A stretch of DNA of 64,000 bases, taken from positions 192,510,001 through 192,574,000 of the forward strand of contig OX597815.1 of the NCBI GenBank assembly GCA_951406725.2. Reading direction: 5' to 3'. A program made the position numbers and the translations under genes. The notes under the pieces were generated by a model, which was not told the DNA's origin, searched no databases, and saw only the letters and a list, made by a program, of their open reading frames with translations. Positions 50,692 to 64,000 of this stretch are shown in pieces (within the stretch, counting starts at the first letter, position 1; each line of letters begins with the position of its first letter). The DNA is from Octopus vulgaris (taxonomy: Eukaryota).

Positions 50692-51047
50692 CGGGAAGGT
50701 TTACGAAAATAAACAAAAGACGAAGGCAGGTGGAGTACAAACAGACAAATGTATTTGTATGGCGCTCAGGAATAGAAATAGAACAAGTCTTTTACGTTTC
50801 GGGCCTACGCTCTTCGACAGAAAGATGCACAGAACAAAAACAAGGAGAAAAAAAATGCGTGTAGGAGCTAACGGTGTATCATGGCATCCTGGCCATATAT
50901 ATGTTTCCACACACAAATACTATAATATACACTGCTCTACATCTTAGAGTGTGCTTCTTCGCTGGATTTATGTTTTCTATAAATGTGTGTGTTTTCGTTT
51001 GTTTTCTTTCTGTATTGGTTAAGGTCGGGGGGGGGGTCATGTTAGCG

Positions 51048-51111
<64 letters not shown>

Positions 51112-51121
51112 TTATATATGC

Positions 51122-51443
51122 TGAGACCCCCTTCGGTCATGATTGACCATGGGATTGCACCAAGAAAGTTACCCTCCCAAGGTTGTTTATGGAGGACCAA
51201 CAGTTGCTCATGCATACCTGCCTCCCCTCTCCACGCCACCAGTGTTATCCAAGGGAAAAGCAAAGGGGCCAATACAACTTGGCACCTGTGACGTCGCAAC
51301 TCATTTCTATAGCTGAGTGAACAGGAGCAACGTGAAATAAAGTGTCTTGCTCAAGAACCCAACACGCAGCCCGGTCCGGGATTCGAACTCACAACCTCAC
51401 GATCGTAAGCTCAACGCCCTAACCACTGAGCCATGCACCTTCA
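51122..51443 (-). mobile_element. tRNA-derived SINE, family D (copy at 28602-28947 -; V-domain-like variant at 12620-12866 -)
   Basis: tggctcagtggttag...gagttcgaatccc head; ttcttgagcaagacactt core. Confidence 0.8.
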
Positions 51444-51655
51444 CACACACACACATATATATATATTTATTCCTGTATGTTATATTTTAATAATTACTGG
51501 TATCTTTTTATATATTAATATATTTTATATGTAAAGCATAATATGTTATACATGTATGTACATTCTTGTCATTTTAGTAAATAAATAAATAAGTTGACAT
51601 AATATAATGTCTAAAAGTTGATAACCACCTATTGATCCCTCCATTTTTTTTATTG

Positions 51656-51720
<65 letters not shown>

Positions 51721-51733
<13 letters not shown>

Positions 51734-52049
51734 TTAGAGACAAAACCACTATTTTGCAAAACAAACAAGGAAAGACTTAATCAATACATAAAATTTTAAT
51801 AAAAAGTTAAAAAAAACCGCCACTACAATTGTTTCTTGTCCTGATCGACAATATTCAGGTGGATTTCCAATAAGTCAGTTTCAAATTTGAAACTGACTTA
51901 TTGGAAATCCACCTGAATATTGTCGATCAGGACAAGAAACAATTGTAGTGGCGGTTTTTTTAACTTTTTATTAAAATTTTATGTATTGATTAAGTCTTTC
52001 CTTGTTTGTTTTGCAAAATAGTGGTTTTGTCTCTAATTAATATTATATA
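51721..52049. repeat. Near-perfect ~330-bp palindrome made of two pLTR-like arms
   Basis: Dyad centre at 51885/51886 (tcaaa|tttga); the only difference I found is an A8 vs T7 run; each arm carries an HHR-like motif. Confidence 0.92.
51909..51951 (+). ncRNA. HHR-like motif with variant core (mirror copy on - at ~51820-51862)
   Basis: CCAC-CTGAATA-TTGTC/gatcag/GACAA-GAAAC-AATT-GTA-GTGG; G8 replaced by T. Confidence 0.6.
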
Positions 52050-52121
52050 ATATTTTACTATAAAATTGGATTTAATCCTAAATCTGATTTTTTTCCCTGT
52101 AAATTTGGATTTATTCCCTAA

Positions 52122-52165
<44 letters not shown>

Positions 52166-53743
52166 TAATCCAAACAAGAAAGCACAAAAAAAGACACAAC
52201 AACGCGAGGACGTGGAATAAATATAGTATTATTGGACGCTCAGGAAAGAAGGAAAGAAGGAGGGTTTAACGTTTCGAGCGGAGCTCTTCGTCGGAAACAT
52301 AGGAGAAGGGAAGACAGAGGGGAAAAAATCGCTAACGGTACACACGAGGTCGTTGTATGTAACAAATTGATAGACTTCCGTCAAGTAAATTTCATTCAAA
52401 TGGCTTTGGTCAACCCATTATTGTGGAAGACACCTGTACCGTTGTGCTATGTAATGGGATGGAAGTAAGGGAGATAAAGAGAGAGAGGGGGGAGAGAGAT
52501 TAGTAGCGCACGGTTTACACTTCAACTGTGGAGGCGCAATGGCCCAGTGGTTAGAGCGAAAACACCTAAAGCTCCACGAGGCTCCGGCAGGGGATGGTGG
52601 TGATCCCTGCTGTACTCTTTCTCTCACTCTTTCTTCCTGTTTCTGTTGTACCTGTATTTCAAAGGGCCGGCCTTGTCAATCTCTGTGTCACGCTGAATAT
52701 CCCCGAGAACTACGTTAAGGGTACACGTGTCTGTGGAGTGCTCAGCCACTTACACGTTAATTTCACGAGCAGGCTGTTCCGTTGATTCGGATCAACCGGA
52801 ACCCTCATCGTCGTAACCGACGGAGTGCTTTCACACTTCAACTATCGAAGATATTCATAAAACTCAGAATAGTAACGGAATAATATTAGCACTATAATAA
52901 ATAATTATTCTCTACTTCTAAATTTATTTCTCTCTCCTGTCTGTAAATCCAAACGTGCATAACACACACACAGACACGAATGCGCATATTTGAAGACACA
53001 ATACATCTGTCTGTATAGATAGACGGACAGACAGACAGAAAGGTAGATTAGCATTCGTGAGGATTGATATTGGTTTCAAGTTTTGGCACAAGACCAGCAA
53101 TATCAGTGGAGGGGTAAGTCGATTACTCAGCTGGTGTTTAATTTATCGACTGAAGAAGGACGAAAAGCAAAGTCGACCTAGGCGGAATTTGAACGCAAAA
53201 CGTAAAAACGGACGAAATGCGGCTAAGTAGTTTGTCCGGCATGCTGACGATTTTGCCGGTCCGTCGCATGTGAGCTGCAAGACGCAGGAGGAAAGAGTGA
53301 GAGAAAGTTGTAGCAAAAGAGCAGCAGAAGGTCGCCATTACCTTCTACCGGAGCCGCGTGGAGCTTAGGTGTTTCGCTCATAAATACACACATCGCCCGG
53401 TCTGAGATTCGAACCCGCGGTCCCTCGACCGCGAGTCCGCTGCTCTAACTATGTGCCTCCACATGTGAAATGGATAAATAATTGAAATGAAAATAAGCGT
53501 TCCATTAACTGTTGTTTTATCTAAATCTTGATATTTACTTACAAGCCAACGTCTTTGTAGATATTTGGGTTAATTAGAAAGAAAACAATCGCGATAAATT
53601 TGGGTGACGAATTTGAATGAGCGAACTGTTTTTCTATATATTTTGTTTTTACTCAAAACCAGACCCAAAAACAAAACTTAAATACTTACTAACAACTTCA
53701 CCCGAATTTATTATTGCTTAAGTTATTAAGATGAAAAGATATA

Positions 53744-54225
53744 CCGTAAATCCTCGAGTATAATCCGCATTTTCCCCCAAGGTTAAAAATGAAAAATATT
53801 TTCTAAGCAATGTCCAAGTCTCTATTTGCTCTCTGGCAATGTTTATTCAGATGCATTTTGTGATGTCGGGCGCGAAAATACCTTAAGCTAAGCCAGAAAG
53901 CAATGAAGTCATAAAAGAATCATCCATAACTTGCAGTAAGCAACATTTATCAAAATAAAAGTATTGAGAACACAGAATAACATGTAACAAAAACAATTTG
54001 CAAACATATTTACATTCCCATATGGCAGTTAAGAACATCACCATTATTGTATTACGCATGCGCGGAAGTGTTTGTTCGACTAGGTGCTGCTGGCTTAATT
54101 AGGTACGACTGAAGTTAGAGAAGGGGTGCATATTATTCACAAGGTTTAAGTTTTTCAGAAGTACAGCCCCCTAAAAATCCTCTGCGTATTATACTTAAGG
54201 GTGGACTATACTCGAGGATTTACGG
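53744..54225. mobile_element. Tc2/pogo-like MITE
   Basis: TA-ccgtaaatcctcgagtataatcc ... ggactatactcgaggatttacgg-TA. Confidence 0.85.
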
Positions 54226-55847
54226 TATTCGTATATATTCCTTTCTGTTACTCAATCCTTATAGATGAACATTAGTTTGTCTTGCCTAACTTTGAAAATG
54301 TAACTCTAAATTTAAACTTGTTTTATAGTGCGAGGTTTGCTCTGCGGCATAAGGTAAAAAGTACATTATAAAATTGTTTAAAAATCACGATTTTATTTAA
54401 TGGAGGGAGGTTAACTCTGCAGTATTAATGATATATGAGTCGTAAATTTCATTCGTTCAACCGTAGTTATTAATGAGGAAAATAATAATTAAGTTCACTT
54501 AAAGCAAGACAAGTTTAATGTATCGAAACGGAGAAATCGAATTGCAAGTCTATTAATTAGCATCCGGCAGAAGCGAAATAAGTTTGTCCATTTACCGTTA
54601 CCATTCAATCTGATTATTTTAATTGAATTAAATTTGTATTAAATTTTGGAAGAGTTCCGAGTGTTGGATCAAACTTAAACGCCTAGCAGTTTTGTAATTG
54701 TTGAATTCAGTATAATACTGTCGTAATAGAGCAAGTGCAAAACCAGTGAATCGGAATTGAAAGCTTTCAAGTACTTCATCTAAAGATATCTGAAGTATAT
54801 TGGATCTCAGAAGTATGCTGTGTATTCGATGAGCTTTAAACAGATAGACCTTCCTAAAAGTTGAATTCAGTTTCGTAATAGGATAACAACAATAGAGCAT
54901 TTAGCATGAGGATAGTGATGTTTATTATTTTTGCCGCTGGGTTAATCTGACACTCATGACGTCATAACTTCTTCAAAAATCTGCTTTCATTCAACCGGCC
55001 TATGAAGTTGTAATGCGACACAAGCAAGGAATCCAACATAATGTGTGTTGAGAAATATACGAGACCTCATCAGCCTGTTATTTGTAACCTCGAAAATGCA
55101 ACGGCCGGTACAGAAAGTAATCTATTTGCGATTCATTTTGAGATCTTCTCTTCCCGTATGCGAACGAAATTCGAGGGAAACAAAACTGTAACTTTGTTTT
55201 CAACCGTAGATCAAGCTCATACTTCGAAAATAGTCACAAAGATGACCTTGCATTTGTTTGTTCAATAACTTTAGTTTGATATTTTTGTCTCTTACCACTT
55301 CCCTGGTGGCGTGGAGAGGGAAGGCCAGTATGCATGGGCGACTGCTGGTCTTCCATAAACAACCTTGCCCGGACTTGTACCTGGGAGGGTAACTTTAGAC
55401 CTATGTTTCTGCTCTTCTTGTTAAAAAGTGTGTTGGGGCCTCCGCCAATAAAAATTTGAATACTAGCTCAAATCAAACCTCTAGCAGAGCAATTAGTTAT
55501 CTCATCAGAGTCAAAGGTGTTACTTTTACGGAAATTAACCTCTGTATTTCTTCTTTCAAATGCAAGAAAAAGAACAATTTTTATAGATCTAAAAATCCTT
55601 GACGGAAGTAGTAAGCGCTTCTATTCTCTCTGCGGCGCTTGCTCGTATACTTCTGTGTTGAAGCCTATCATTGATTTAGCCATTCTTGCAATCACTGGCA
55701 GTTCTGAAAATTCATATCTGAAATATTTGTACCGAAGTAAATCTACGGTCACTAATGAATGACTATATAAAATATCAATAGCTTCAGTTAAATTCACTAC
55801 GCAAATCAAGAAATATTGTAAACTAGGCTTAAAGATATAAAAGACTG

Positions 55848-56655
55848 GGCATAGTTTCGGTTGTAGTAGCACAGATTTCCGTCGATTTCCGTAAAAAACT
55901 TTTATTTTTTTACATAAGTAATAAGAGCGAAAGAGACTAAGAGGAAGCGATTTTATGACGAGAAGGTTTCACTTTGAAGTCGGCCTGTGTGTGTTTGATG
56001 GGGTGTGGGAGACAGACAGTATGTTGTGTAAGTGAAGTGCTTCTGTTAGTGTGTGCGAAGAGACAGACATACATATACACATACACCGAGTAAAAAATTA
56101 CATACATACATACACACACACACATACATAGATACATACACACACACACACACATACATACACACACACATACTTACACACACACACATAGATACATACA
56201 CACACACACATGCAGACATACATATACACATACACCGAGTAAAAAATTACGATGAATCGGCCATACATACATACATACACACACACATACTTACACACAC
56301 ACACATACATAGATACATACACACATACACACATACATGCATACATACATATACACATACACCGAGTAAAAAATCAGTTATCTCTCTCTTTCACACATTA
56401 CTCTCTCTGCCTCTTCGCACACACTAACAGAAGCACTTCACTTACACAACATACTGTCTGTCTCCCACACCCCATCAAACACACACACACACACATGTAC
56501 ATCAATGCTTCTCCTGGACGGTAACTTCAAAAGAACTTCCCTCGTCATACAATCGCTTTCTCTTAGTCTCTTTCGCTCTCATTACTTATGTAAAAAAATA
56601 AAAGTTTTTTACGGAAATCGACGGAAATCTGAGCTACGACATGCGAAACTTCGCC
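55848..56655. mobile_element. MITE with long bipartite TIRs and 8-bp TSD (Merlin-like)
   Basis: GGC...GCC termini; TSD aaagactg at 55840-55847 and 56656-56663; inverted blocks 55866-55980/56525-56638 and 55987-56062/56411-56486. Confidence 0.85.
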
Positions 56656-58440
56656 AAAGACTGATACTAAAACGTTATTCTTGATACTCCTTTTCAAAGT
56701 AATTATTTATCTAAAAAGAAGAATTCGGAAGCTAAGAGTAGAATTTGGATGCCACCAATCTGACATCGAGATTTTGCTGTTTGGTTCGATAAAAGTCAAT
56801 CTACGTTGAACTGTATATAATCTGAAGTCAGACTTTAAACTTGTAATTGCGAAATCCGGTAAATCTTTCAATACTCAAATTATTGAATCGGAAGTTAACA
56901 GTCAAAGATGAGATTATCAAACTAAGGCGACCCTAAGTACACGTTGCAGCTAACGGTTGACTAGTTGGAATCCTTTAAATTTGTTTATAAATTCACATGC
57001 TTCAACGTTTACCAGTTACCCTGCCTAGGTACCTTAATTTTAAAAAATATCAACAAATTAATATTGGCTTCAAATTTTGGTGCAAGACCAGCAATTCTAG
57101 GAAGGGGATAAGTCGATTACATCGACCCCAGTGTTCAACTAGTGCTTATTTTATCGTCCCCGAAAGGATGACAAGCAAAGTCGACCTCGGCGGAATTTGA
57201 ACTCAGAACGTAGCGGCAGACGAAATAACACTAAGCATTTCGCCCGGTGTGCTAACGATTCTGCCAAGTCGATTAGATCGACCCCAGTACGCAACTGGTA
57301 CTTAATTTATCAATCTCGAAAGGATGAAAGGTAAAGTCGACCTCGGCGGAAATTGAACTTGGAACGTAACAGCAGACGAAATACTGCTAAGCATTTCGCC
57401 CGGCATGCTAACGTTTTTGCCAAGGTCGCTGCCCTAAGTAGAAAAATGTGTTGCGTTGATAAAGTATCGACTGTTTTTGAAACAAACGGTCGATTGATTT
57501 GGATTGAACGCCTCATTTCAATTTGGCGAATAATGATGTGTATTTATAACAAATACTTGTTTGTGAGAATAAGCTGGAAGGCACATATGACTAACACTCC
57601 GTCGGTTACGGTGACGAGGGGGTTCCAGATGATCCGGTTAACGGAGCAGAATGCTCGTTAAATTAACGTGCTAATGGCTGAGCACTCCACAGACACGCGT
57701 ACACTTAACATAGCTCTCAAGGAGATACAGTATGACACAGAATGCGTCGAGACCAGCTGTTTTAATTACAGGTACTACTCATAAGGTGACGAGCTGGTAG
57801 AAACGTTAGCACGCCGGGCGAAATGCTTAGCGGTATTTCGTCTGTCGTTACGTTGTGAGTTCAAATTCCGCCGAGGTCGACTTTGCCTTTCATCCTTTTG
57901 GGGGTCGATAAATTAAGTACCAGTTACGCACTGGGGTCGATGTATTCGACTTAATAACTATGTCTGTCCTTGTTTGTCCCCTCTATGTTTAGCCCCTTGT
58001 GGGTAATAAAGAAATAGGTACTACTCATTTTTGCCAGCTGAGTGGACTGGAGCAACGTGAAATAAAGTGTCTTGCTCAAGGACACAATGCGCCGCCGAGA
58101 CTCGACCTCATTGCCTTATGATCGTGAATCGATTAATCGAAACACTAAGACACGCGCCTCGCACATATGACTATTTGTGATCAAACCAAACAGGAACATA
58201 TAAAAATTTATCAAAATTCTCAATACTTGCTCGAATGTCTAACATGACACTTAATACGATAACTGTGAGCTCTCAACTAAAATCTGTGTCCCAGATAATC
58301 AAATAGCCATAGGAACGTGTAACGTAATCCCTTACATTCAACGCCACTTAAAGAAATCCGCTAATCTTTATCTTTTGTGACAGATTTATTCGTTTATTAC
58401 TCCTGCAGAGTTCATCGCTTTCAATTTTATCATCTAGAAC

Positions 58441-59260
58441 AAGGAGGTGAGCTAGCAGAATCGTTATCACGCCGGACAAGATGGTTTGCGCTATTTCGTC
58501 CGCCTTTACGGTCTGAGTTCAAATTCTGCTGAGGTCAATTTTGCCTTTCATCCTTTCGGGGTCGATAAAATAAGTACCAGTTGTGTACTGAGACCTATGT
58601 AATCGACTTACCCCTTCCTCCGAAATTGCTGGCCTTGTGCCAAAAATCTAAAACTGATATTCTCATCCACAACCACTTTAGCTCATCAGGCATTAAGTCG
58701 ATTACATCGACCTCAGTGCATAACCGGTACTTATTTAATCGACCCCGAAAGGATGAAAGGCAAAGTCGACCTCGGCGGAATTTGAACTCAGCACGTAACG
58801 GCAGACGAAATACCTATTTCTTTACTACCCACAAGGGGCTAAACACAGAGAGGACAAACAAGGACAGACAAACGGGTTAAGTCGATTATATCGACCCCAG
58901 TACGTAACTGGTACTTATTTAATCGACCCCGGAAGGATGAAAGGCAAAGTCGACCTCGGCGGAATTTGAACTCAGAACGTAGCGGCAGACGAAATACCGC
59001 TAAGCATTTCGCCCGGCGGGCTAACGATTCTGCCAGCTCGCCGCCCTCATTTCTGCTCTAGGCACAAGGCCCAAAATTTTGGAGGAGGGGGCCAGTCGAT
59101 TAGATCGACCCCAGTACGCAACTGGTACTTAATTTATCGACCCCGAAAGGATGAAAGGAAAAGTCGACCTCTGCGGAATTTGAACTCTGAACGTAAAAAC
59201 AGACGAAATACTGCTAAGCATCTCAACCGGCGAGCTAACATTTCTGCCAGCTCGCCGCCT
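58441..59260. mobile_element. Cluster of family B SINEs and variants in both orientations
   Basis: Repeated cccgaaaggatgaaaggcaaagtcgacctcggcgg cores. Confidence 0.8.
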
Positions 59261-60338
59261 TGCTGTCTTATAACGTTGGAAGTGTGTTGAATCTCCACGG
59301 GAGACTGCTATTGCAAAAAAATACGTTTGCGAACTACAATCTCTGCAATCTGGCAGTAGGAAGTGTCAATAGAAATGTTAGTAAATATAAATTGACTTTG
59401 TCTTGGGTTATTCATACTTTAATATATAAATACGAGATTAAACAAATCTATCTCATAAATTTAGTAGAGTACTTACGATGTCGAAATAACACGAAAAGCA
59501 ATTACTTCCGAGCAAAGATTACGTTACATTATCTACAAAGAAAAAACGTATAACAAGATAATCCATTTGTTTGCACGTTCCTTAATTCAAACTTAACAAT
59601 CGTATGTTATTCCACCAAATCAAATAAATTACTTCTTTTCTGGTTTCAAAATATTGTTGATAGAAAATTATTGTGCGCAATCTTCTGGAAACTAAACTGA
59701 AGAACTCAATCAAGCTGGTCGTTCGCTTCCTAACTTGGAATTAGGTGAATGTGCAATAAGTTACATCAAAATCAAACAAACCGCAAGCAATTAGCATACA
59801 GCTACGTTAGCTAAGATGACTCGAGATTGTGTTTCATCTGTTTTTACAATCTGCGCTAACGAGATACGGTTAGTGAAACATATCTTTCTTTCGCACTTCG
59901 TTCAATCAGACTTTCCTACCAAATAGACATCAATTACGGTTGAATTCATTTGAACATTAAGTTAAAAGGTCGAAAATATATCGCTTTCTCCCAATATCAA
60001 ACGGTGTTTTAATTTTCCCAGAAAGCTTTCATTAAAACCGACTGATACATTCAAAGGTTAACCGACTGTTTTCGTATTTTGTGTGTGGAAAGATATTAAA
60101 TAAAACACTTTGTTTACAGCAATTTTCTTCTTTCTTACCACCTTTCAGCTCCGTTTCAGTTCGTGATTCACAAGCATAACAAATAACTTTACATTGTAAA
60201 TACAAATCATTAGTATACTAGTTTAGTACTTGACAATAAGCATAAACTTCGAGTTATGTTCAGTAGATTTTACAGCCAGAAATTGCTAGTATGGCATAGC
60301 TTGCCATTCTTTCTAAAAACCAAAGCAAAGGACCTTTA

Positions 60339-60638
60339 TCTTTATATATAAAAGTGAGGTTGTGTGCTGTCTCTCTCCTACGATTTAGATTCCTAACTAC
60401 TCCCACATTTTGCGGTGCAGTTTAACCAAAACCGGGTATCTTATAGTCGTGATTCATATCGAGCCCTTCTGGGTATTGGCGCGCGTCTACGATGAGTCTA
60501 CGATTTTAAAAAAAATTTACCATCATTTTTTTTCCATTTTTAATGCAGTTTTTTGCTATTTTTTGGCTATAACTCTCTAAAAATGCTTATATAGTTATTT
60601 CCCTTACAAACCCGAGCAACGCCGGGCGATACTGCTAG
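60339..60638 (+). mobile_element. Non-autonomous Helitron (shorter relative of 50130-50646)
   Basis: A|TC...cccgagcaacgccgggcgatactgCTAG|T. Confidence 0.85.
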
Positions 60639-61337
60639 TTCCTATATAAAAGAAACCAATGTTTTATTTTACGCAAAGATGATAAATATTCATTGACTAT
60701 TAGCATCATTTACTCCGAAAAAAACCCCTAAAGAAACAAACAAACAAACAAGAGGTTTGATATTCTTGCCTATTCAGCTATCAGCCTTGGAAGTGAAGTG
60801 AATCAGCAACAGCCAGAAATCAAAATTGCAATATTTGTTCGACTCACCAGGAGACTAACCTCTACTTTACAGTGAGTGACATCATAGTGCTGCAACGTTA
60901 AGTCAACCTTAGTAGGACTGAAAGCCGCAATTATTATTTTCTCACAGCTCATCAATTATGTAGTCTGCATGTTTAGAGATACGTAAATAACATTCGTTAT
61001 CTTGATTTTATACCTGGGAAATAACAGATGATGTGAAAATATCCTACTGTTTCTCTTAAGTACACAGAAAATAACTGAGAATCTTGTTGTAGATCAGTTG
61101 ATAACTTCCACAATGTTTGATAACTCGCTGAACGAACCAATCAAATCACACTTCCCCACAAAAAAACTCTTTACTAGAATAAGTAACATATGTTCTATGG
61201 AGTGAAATATCCACGATGAAGACTAGAAATACACATCAAATGCTTTGTCTGATCAGCAACTAAGTCCCCACCCCGCCAAAAAAAAAAAAAAAAGTCTATC
61301 CGACACTGTTAGTCAACGGTAACTAATTAGTCATTTG

Positions 61338-61930
61338 AAGGCCGCGAGCTGGCAGAATCGTTAGCACGCCGGGCGAAAAGCGTAGCCGTATTTCGTCTGC
61401 CGTTACGTTCTGAGTTCAAATTCCGCCGAGGTCGACTTTGCCTTTCATCCTTTCGGAGTCGATAAATTAAGTACTAGTTACGCACGGGGGTCGATGTAAT
61501 CGACTTAATATCTATGTCTGTCCTTGTTTGTCCCCTCTACGTTTAGCCCCTTGTGGGTAATAAAGAAATACGTATTTCATCTGCCGTTACGTTCTGAGTT
61601 CAAATTCCGCCGAGGTCAACTTTGCCTTTCATCCTTTCGGGGTCGATAAATTAAGTACCAGTTACGCACTGGGGTCGATGTAATCGACTTAATACCTATG
61701 TCTGTCCTTGTTTGTCTTCTCTGTGTTTAGCCCCTTGTGGGTAGTAAAAGAAAATAGGTATTTCGTCTGCCGTTACGTTCTGAGTTCAAATTCCGCCGAG
61801 GTCGACTTTGCCTTTCATCTTTTCGGAGTCGATAAATTAAGTACCAGTGACGCACTGGGGTCGATGTAATCGACTTAATCCGTTTGTTTGTCCCCTATAT
61901 GTTTAGCCCCTTGTGGGGAGTAAAGAAATA
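61338..61930 (+). mobile_element. Family B SINE trimer
   Basis: 20-bp TSD ggtaactaattagtcatttg at 61318-61337 and 61931-61950. Confidence 0.9.
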
Positions 61931-64000
61931 GGTAACTAATTAGTCATTTGGCTCTCGGATACACGTAAACAATATGAAGACTTGCATGCTGATTGGATTC
62001 GTCACTCATCTATTTTTCCTACTCAGCTATAGAAGTTACACTGCTAGAAATTTGTTGTAAGACCTAAGGAAATTCTGAGAACAGGTCATTATATAATGAG
62101 AAGTCGGGAAAGAATTTGCGTTATGAGATGTAAGTGAATCATCCTCCAAACAAACTCACTTATAGAAAGCAAGAAAAATCTCTTCAACTGTGAGTATAAA
62201 GTTTGTTTTAATTTTTATCCTGTCCATTAGAGTTATTTTTGGATAAACTAAATGTCTTAGTAATATGATTAGAATTTTTTAATGAGAGAATAACTACGTT
62301 TTCTTTTTTTAACAGAAAATTTACTCTAACATCATAAATCTAACCTCATTTGATAGCTTTCAAGAGTTAAACTCAAATGTTGATAATAGCAAGATATTTA
62401 ATGAGAGCAAATAAAAATTAATGGGATAATCATAGTGATATAACGATCAAAATTTGATTTGTAAAGTCAAAGTTGTTAAATCGATTTAGTATCTCACCAA
62501 CCCACCAACTCAGTCATATGAATACTAAAACAATCCGACTTAGCTTCAATTACTGAGCATTGAGATAAGATTTCAAGTTTATAGAGCTGTCTAAGCGTGT
62601 GGATCAGGGGCTCTAAACCACTTATTATCTATGGACCCCTTTAATTATTATTTTATTCTGGTGGACCCCCATAACCATTTGATGTCTAAAAACTAGTTTT
62701 ATAGACCTTTCTTTCAGAATTCTTTTTTTTTTCTTACGCATTCACTGGTATAAATTGAACTGTGTAAAATGTTACAGAAAAAAAACGAGCTATTTCTTGC
62801 AATACACACCAATGCATATGTCGTGGATCTTGCATGCATGAAGTGGATTCGATCCACCATATCCAAATTTAAATTAACACTGCAACAGAACTTTACCCAC
62901 GATGGAACAATGGTTTTTCTCTGACAGCAGTTTTATATTTTCCAGATGCCTTTAGCTAGGCCGAAATAATGTCTTCACCACTTAACTCTTTCTAACCTCT
63001 TTTACTTCACCAAAAGCTAGAATAGAGATAACAAGACCACCAACTAAATCTAATGTTCTCAATGATATGTGTATCCTTCTGAATAGTTATAAAAGCAAGA
63101 ACACCCAAGCAAAAGTCCAATTTATTATTTTGTGTGTAGCCCTCAGAGGTCATAGGGACCACTGATGTAGATGATCAAATCATTAGAATTCCGAACAACC
63201 GACCGATCGATCAATTGGTGATGGTTCGCATCATGTCACCATCGTCCTCGGCCTCCGTCTGTCTAAAGAGACAAAAGAAATGTCTCTTTTTTTTTTACTC
63301 CTACTCTTCTAGTTTTCCCCTCCTTCCACTTCCTTTCTTCTCCACTTCAGATTACTATGTTGGTTTCATTCAGAGTTCTAATACTTATTGCAATTACCAC
63401 AGGTAAAGACAGAGTCGTCGAGTAGAGATGATGCCCTCTGCCTTTGAGATTTTAGCGCCCTAAGCTGACTGCAATGGCTTTCAGCGTTTTGTTTTATTCT
63501 TGCCTTCACAAATCATCTCCAAAATAAACGGTTTGGTGTTATGTCTTCCTCTGACTGTATTTCAATATGAGCTTAACGGAATCCTTTTTGCACGCATCTC
63601 TACGTCTCAGGTCAGTAGCGTAACTAGCGGTGGTACTGGCCAAGAGGTGGTTCGAGAGGACAGTGCCAGGAGACGATGCCAGGGGGCGGTATCAGGGGAC
63701 GGTGCTAGGGGGCGGTGCCAGGATGCGATCCACCCCGACTAACCTTTTTATGCAGACAGCGCATTTAAGTCTGCTGTATAAGTCTCTATGGAGATGGGGG
63801 TCCGGTGTGGGTCACCAAATTTAAGAGCTTTCCCGGGCAGCACATGCTATAGCCACGCCCCATTTCAGTATCTTTTCAAGATATCTCTATAATGAAATAA
63901 AATAGATTCATTAGATGTTCGATATACTGCAAATATCACAATTCTTGTAAAAATATGGTCCCATCTAGCTTTAGTTACAAGTGTGTGTGTGTGTGGTGTG

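Noticed and set aside
63612-63862. GC-rich patch with ggtgccagg/ggggcgg repeats as a promoter or CpG island
   Set aside because: More likely a decayed non-autonomous DNA transposon; termini too degenerate to call

Overview
AT-rich, repeat-dense eukaryotic DNA. The SINE repertoire matches what I recognise from octopod cephalopods (inference, not a database match). No intact host gene is evident; at most one or two candidate exons. Most ORF-track entries are microsatellite or SINE artefacts. The centrepiece is a ~6.9 kb Penelope-like retroelement (PLE; RT plus GIY-YIG endonuclease, minus strand) bracketed by ~1.7-1.9 kb inverted pseudo-LTRs. It has a hidden, start-less upstream ORF that ends at a possible +1 shifty stop, and a GIY-YIG C-terminus displaced by a 1-nt frameshift. 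More than a dozen PLE-type minimal hammerhead-ribozyme (HHR) motifs are scattered through the window; four have an intact CUGANGA...GAAA...GUH core. Three insertions of very different size share one geometry: inverted arms with HHR-bearing tails pointing outward into TA/CA microsatellite. Also present: four tRNA-derived SINE families (one forming TSD-flanked multimers), an ORF1-only L1/Tx1-like element with a TSD, R4/Dong-like LINE relics, four non-autonomous Helitrons, and Tc1, mariner, Tc2/pogo-like and Merlin-like DNA elements.
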